A stretch of 64,000 nucleotides of DNA from Anthoceros angustus. Taxonomy: Eukaryota; Plantae; Anthocerotophyta. Position 1 is the stretch's first letter, and each line of letters opens with the position of its first letter. Positions 60,097 through 64,000 of the stretch are shown here, one piece after another. The position numbers and the translations under genes were made by a program. The DNA lies in assembly GCA_010909165.1 (NCBI GenBank), contig VJWM01000192.1, positions 310,001 to 374,000 on the forward strand. Direction: 5' to 3'. The notes beneath the pieces were generated by a model. It worked only from the letters and a program-made list of their open reading frames with translations, searched no databases and had not been told where the DNA came from.

Positions 60097-60830
60097 AGGG
60101 GCCAATCACCCCAGACTTCGCCAACCTCACCTCCCTCACCGAGCTCAGTCTCCGGTCAAACAATCTCAACGGCACACTCCCAACCTTCCTCTGCGACCTC
60201 CACAACCTGGTCACCCTCGATCTGACCTAGAATTTTTTCTCAGGCTCCCTCCCGGCCTGCATCGGCCGCATGCGGCAGCTGAAGCACGTGCAGCTGGGCT
60301 ACAACTCTCTCGCCGGGCCCCTTCCCGCCTCCCTTTCCGCCCTGCACAAGCTCCAGGAACTATCGTGACCGACAACCAGTTCAGCGGCCGCCTTCCCAGC
60401 CTGCCCATTCCGAGCCTGAGGTTGCTCGGCCTGGACGGCAAAAACTTCGTGGGCACCATCCCGCCTCACTACGGCAGCCTCTTCTCCCTGGTGGACCCCA
60501 GGCTGGGAGGATTGAACGTCTCTGCGGACTACGCAAACGAACCAGAGGTCGTGCTCTACAGCGACCTGGAGGGCACCATTCCCCAACAACTGGGTGCCCT
60601 GCAGAAGCTCCAGGTGCTCCACATCCGAACCAGCAACATCCACGGCGTCATCCCGCAATCCTTCAGCACTCTGGTCAATTTGGTGGACCTGGAGCTGGAT
60701 CGCCTCAGCGGCCCCGTGCCCGATTTCTCTAAACTCGCCAAGCTCTAGACGGTCGAGCTTGAGAACAATCTGTTTTGAAGTGTAGTAAGCGGGCTAGTGG
60801 GAATGGAAAACCTCGTGCTGGTTCAGGAAT
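60097..60830 (+). pseudogene. 5'-truncated, frameshifted LRR gene paralogue
   Basis: Aligns to 62967-63710 (PDFANLTSLTELSL..ANEPEVVLYS..GPVPDFSKL) with stops and indels. Confidence 0.9.
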
Positions 60831-61735
60831 GCTTTGCATGTATTGTATGTACGTTTGGGTTCACTGGTACCGCCTTTGCACGGTACCCGACTGTGAACTT
60901 GTGAAGGAATTCCCGTCTTGGATTAGATATAACAATAAACTGAATTTTTGGAAGTGTTGTTTGATTGCTGAGGTGAACCTTTGCTGAACAGCACCATCAC
61001 AAAGGATTTTGCTGGATAACCTCAGGTCTCGGCAACCAGGCATCTGCCGGTGGGTGCGTATCTGGCAGAAGGCTTGAACTCTAGTTGGAAGGATGCCGTC
61101 GCGGGAGTGGAGTTTGGAGTCTGTAGCTGGTCCTTCTTCTTTTCTGTACCTATCAGTCAGATTGAACACGAGGTGCTTGAGGAAGAACGTAAACTAGTTT
61201 CTGACACAGTGGTATTTGGCAGAGTGACGGGGTCCTCTCCCTTTGTTGAGTGTGGATAAGGCAGGTGGTCAAAGTTCTGGTCCTCTGACTCCTCCAGTGT
61301 TCCACTTGAGACGTAGTTGCAGGATAGGCAGGCGACTTTTGTCAAGTGCGGAAGGCTGCTGAACCCAACCGGGTACGTATTGAGTGACACGCCGGGGGAA
61401 ATGTCTGTGGCTGAAGAGCCCTGGGTATCCGGTCGGCTTTGGCTACCAGAGTGCGTCCGAATTGGTTGAGGTGCGGCAATGCCCCCATGTTTTTTGTAAT
61501 GTATGTAATATTCGATGAGAGAGATGCAGGCCTACGACTTTGGTCAAGTGCGGAATCCATGAAGCCAGCCAGGTAGTTTAAAGGTAGAAGGCCAGCCTGG
61601 TCTTGAGTGACATGCGGAGGAAGATGTCCGTGGCTGAAGGGTATGTAAGGGCCAGGGCCTGAGGATGAAACGCAGATCAAGCTGATTTGAATTATCCTTC
61701 ACAGTGTCAATGGCTTTGCACGCGGCTGGCAAGGG

Positions 61736-62144
61736 ATGAGTGAGAAATTGATGGCACGGGAGAGGGCACATTCGGTGGAGATGGGGCAGCTGGTAATGCC
61801 AAGGCGACTGGCATTGGCCATTTGTTGGCTGTTTGTTGTGCAGCTCTGTGTGAACGTCGCCTCGGCCTGCAACCCAAGCGACCGAGCTGCATTGCTGGCC
61901 TTCAAGGCGGAACTATTTGACAGCTTGGGGACGCTGGACTCGTGGGTGGAAGGCGGGGACTGCTGCAATTTCTACGCTGTCACCTGCAACAAGCAAGGCA
62001 GGGTGGTGAACCTCACCATCGTGGTGCCGGAGCTCGGGGAGGACTGCGACGGGGTCTACGATATCTGCGAAGTTGTGCAGCGCACGGACAACAGCTCGAC
62101 CCACAACTTGCTGGGCAGGACCATCTCCAAACTCTCCGCCCTGG
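61736..62144 (+). pseudogene. Truncated duplicate of the LRR gene 5' part
   Basis: Identical to the start of 62455 through ISKLSAL, then runs into duplicated upstream sequence (720/719-nt tandem duplication). Confidence 0.85.
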
Positions 62145-62454
62145 GTATCCGGTCGGCTTTGGCTACCAGAGTGCGTCCGAATTGGTTGAGGTGCGGCAAT
62201 GCCCCATGTTTTTTGTAATGTATGTAATATTCGATGAGAGAGATGCAGGCCTACGACTTTGGTCAAGTGCGGAATCCATGAAGCCAGCCAGGTAGTTTAA
62301 AGGTAGAAGGCCAGCCTGGTCTTGAGTGACATGCGGAGGAAGATGTCCGTGGCTGAAGGGTATGTAAGGGCCAGGGCCTGAGGATGAAACGCAGATCAAG
62401 CTGATTTGAATTATCCTTCACAGTGTCAATGGCTTTGCACGCGGCTGGCAAGGG

Positions 62455-63657
62455 ATGAGTGAGAAATTGATGGCACGGGAGAGGGCACATTCGGTGGAGA
62501 TGGGGCAGCTGGTAATGCCAAGGCGACTGGCATTGGCCATTTGTTGGCTGTTTGTTGTGCAGCTCTGTGTGAACGTCGCCTCGGCCTGCAACCCAAGCGA
62601 CCGAGCTGCATTGCTGGCCTTCAAGGCGGAACTATTTGACAGCTTGGGGACGCTGGACTCGTGGGTGGAAGGCGGGGACTGCTGCAATTTCTACGCTGTC
62701 ACCTGCAACAAGCAAGGCAGGGTGGTGAACCTCACCATCGTGGTGCCGGAGCTCGGGGAGGACTGCGACGGGGTCTACGATATCTGCGAAGTTGTGCAGC
62801 GCACGGACAACAGCTCGACCCACAACTTGCTGGGCAGGACCATCTCCAAACTCTCCGCCCTGGAGGTGCTCTCCCTGACGAACTTTCTCTTCTTTGAGTC
62901 CCTGCCCACGGGGCTGGGTAAACTCAAGAATCTCAAGGTCCTGCGCCTGGAGGAGGCTCTCTTCTCGGGGCCACTCCCCCCAGACTTCGCCAACCTCACC
63001 TCCCTCACCGAGCTCAGTCTCCGGGTGAACGATCTCAACGGCCCCCTCCCAGCCTTCCTCTGCGACCTCCACAACCTGGTGAGGATCGATCTGTCCCACA
63101 CTTCTTTCGCAGGCCCCCTCCCGGCTTGCATCGGCCGCCTGCGGCAGCTGGAGCACCTGCAGCTGGCCTACAGCTCTCTCACCGGCCGCCTTCCTGCCTC
63201 CCTTTCCGCCCTGCGCAAGCTCCAGGAACTGAATGTGACCGACAACCAGTTCAGCGGTCCCCTTCCCAGACTGGCCAAATTTCCGAGCCTGAGGTTGCTC
63301 GGCCTGGACGGCAATAAATTTGTGGGCACCATCCCACCGCACTACGGCAACCTCTCGTCCCTAGTGGACTTCCGTCTGGGAGGATTGAACGTCTCTGCGG
63401 AGTCCGCAAACGAACCAGAGGTCGTGCTCTACAGCAAGCTGAAGGGCACCATTCCCCAACAACTGGGTGCCCTGCAGAAGCTCCAGGTGCTTCACATCCG
63501 AGCCAGCAACATCCACGGCGTCATCCCGCAATCCTTCAGCACCTTGGTCAAATTGGTGGATTTGGAGCTGGATCGCAACCGCCTCAGCGGCCCGGTCCCC
63601 GACTTCTCCAAGCTCACCAAGCTCCAGACGCTCCAGCTTGAGGACAATCTGTTCTGA
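62455..63657 (+). CDS. Secreted plant extracellular LRR protein (PGIP/RLP-like; LRRNT cap, ~10 LRRs, no TM or kinase)
   Basis: Signal peptide (MPRRLALAICWLFVVQLCVNVASA), CNPSDRAALLAFK..W..DCC..VTC cap, repeated LxxLxLxxNxLxGxLP. The real start may be the third Met. Confidence 0.88.
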   Translation: MSEKLMARERAHSVEMGQLVMPRRLALAICWLFVVQLCVNVASACNPSDRAALLAFKAELFDSLGTLDSWVEGGDCCNFYAVTCNKQGRVVNLTIVVPELGEDCDGVYDICEVVQRTDNSSTHNLLGRTISKLSALEVLSLTNFLFFESLPTGLGKLKNLKVLRLEEALFSGPLPPDFANLTSLTELSLRVNDLNGPLPAFLCDLHNLVRIDLSHTSFAGPLPACIGRLRQLEHLQLAYSSLTGRLPASLSALRKLQELNVTDNQFSGPLPRLAKFPSLRLLGLDGNKFVGTIPPHYGNLSSLVDFRLGGLNVSAESANEPEVVLYSKLKGTIPQQLGALQKLQVLHIRASNIHGVIPQSFSTLVKLVDLELDRNRLSGPVPDFSKLTKLQTLQLEDNLF

Positions 63658-64000
63658 AGCTTAGGAAGGGTGCCAGTGGGAATGAAAAAACTCGTGCTGG
63701 TTCAGGAATGCACTGTATGCATTGTATGTATGTTTTGGCACACCGGTACCGTCTTTGCACGGTACCCGACTGTGACCTTGTGAAGAAATCCCGGTCTGGG
63801 GCCAAGATATAAGGAAAGACTGAACTGTTGGAAGTGCCGGTCCACCTCCAAGGTCCCTGCGTTGTGCCTACCTTCATCATCCACAAAGACGACAGAGGGA
63901 TCCGGAGCATCATCATGTTTCCTATGCATGTGTGCTTCACGCCCCTGACTGATCTTTGAGCTTTCATGGTGGGATTTCAAGAGAAAGATTAGCTGCTAGG

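Noticed and set aside
62632-63342. 236-aa minus-strand ORF
   Set aside because: Antisense shadow of the GC3-rich LRR gene.

Overview
Eukaryotic nuclear DNA from a plant, most likely a non-seed land plant (inferred from short GT-AG introns, compact gene spacing and plant-type genes). A tight island of conserved genes at ~28.0-40.7 kb holds UFD2/UBE4, an SLC35F5/EamA-type transporter, a cytochrome-b5-like steroid-binding protein, a small membrane peptide and CFAP20/BUG22. Nested LTR-retrotransposon debris lies on both sides (~1.9-25.8 kb and ~41.2-50.8 kb). The window ends with a GH17 beta-1,3-glucanase and a small tandem cluster of secreted LRR genes. The most unusual signal is a pair of diverged copies (23.1-25.5 kb and 52.5-55.0 kb, both minus strand) of a prokaryote-like ParB/Srx-domain + beta-class N6A/N4C DNA methyltransferase fusion gene. 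Both copies carry a spliceosomal intron at the same codon position, and one sits between CACTA/CMC-like termini. This suggests a transposon-borne, eukaryote-adapted amino-methyltransferase family. A second candidate is a spliced 67-aa membrane-peptide ORF that stops 4 nt before the CFAP20 ATG (probable bicistronic mRNA). Several tandem duplications have one indel-rich copy and may be assembly artefacts, so some frameshifts in the window may not be real. All assignments come from reading motifs by eye; no searches were run.
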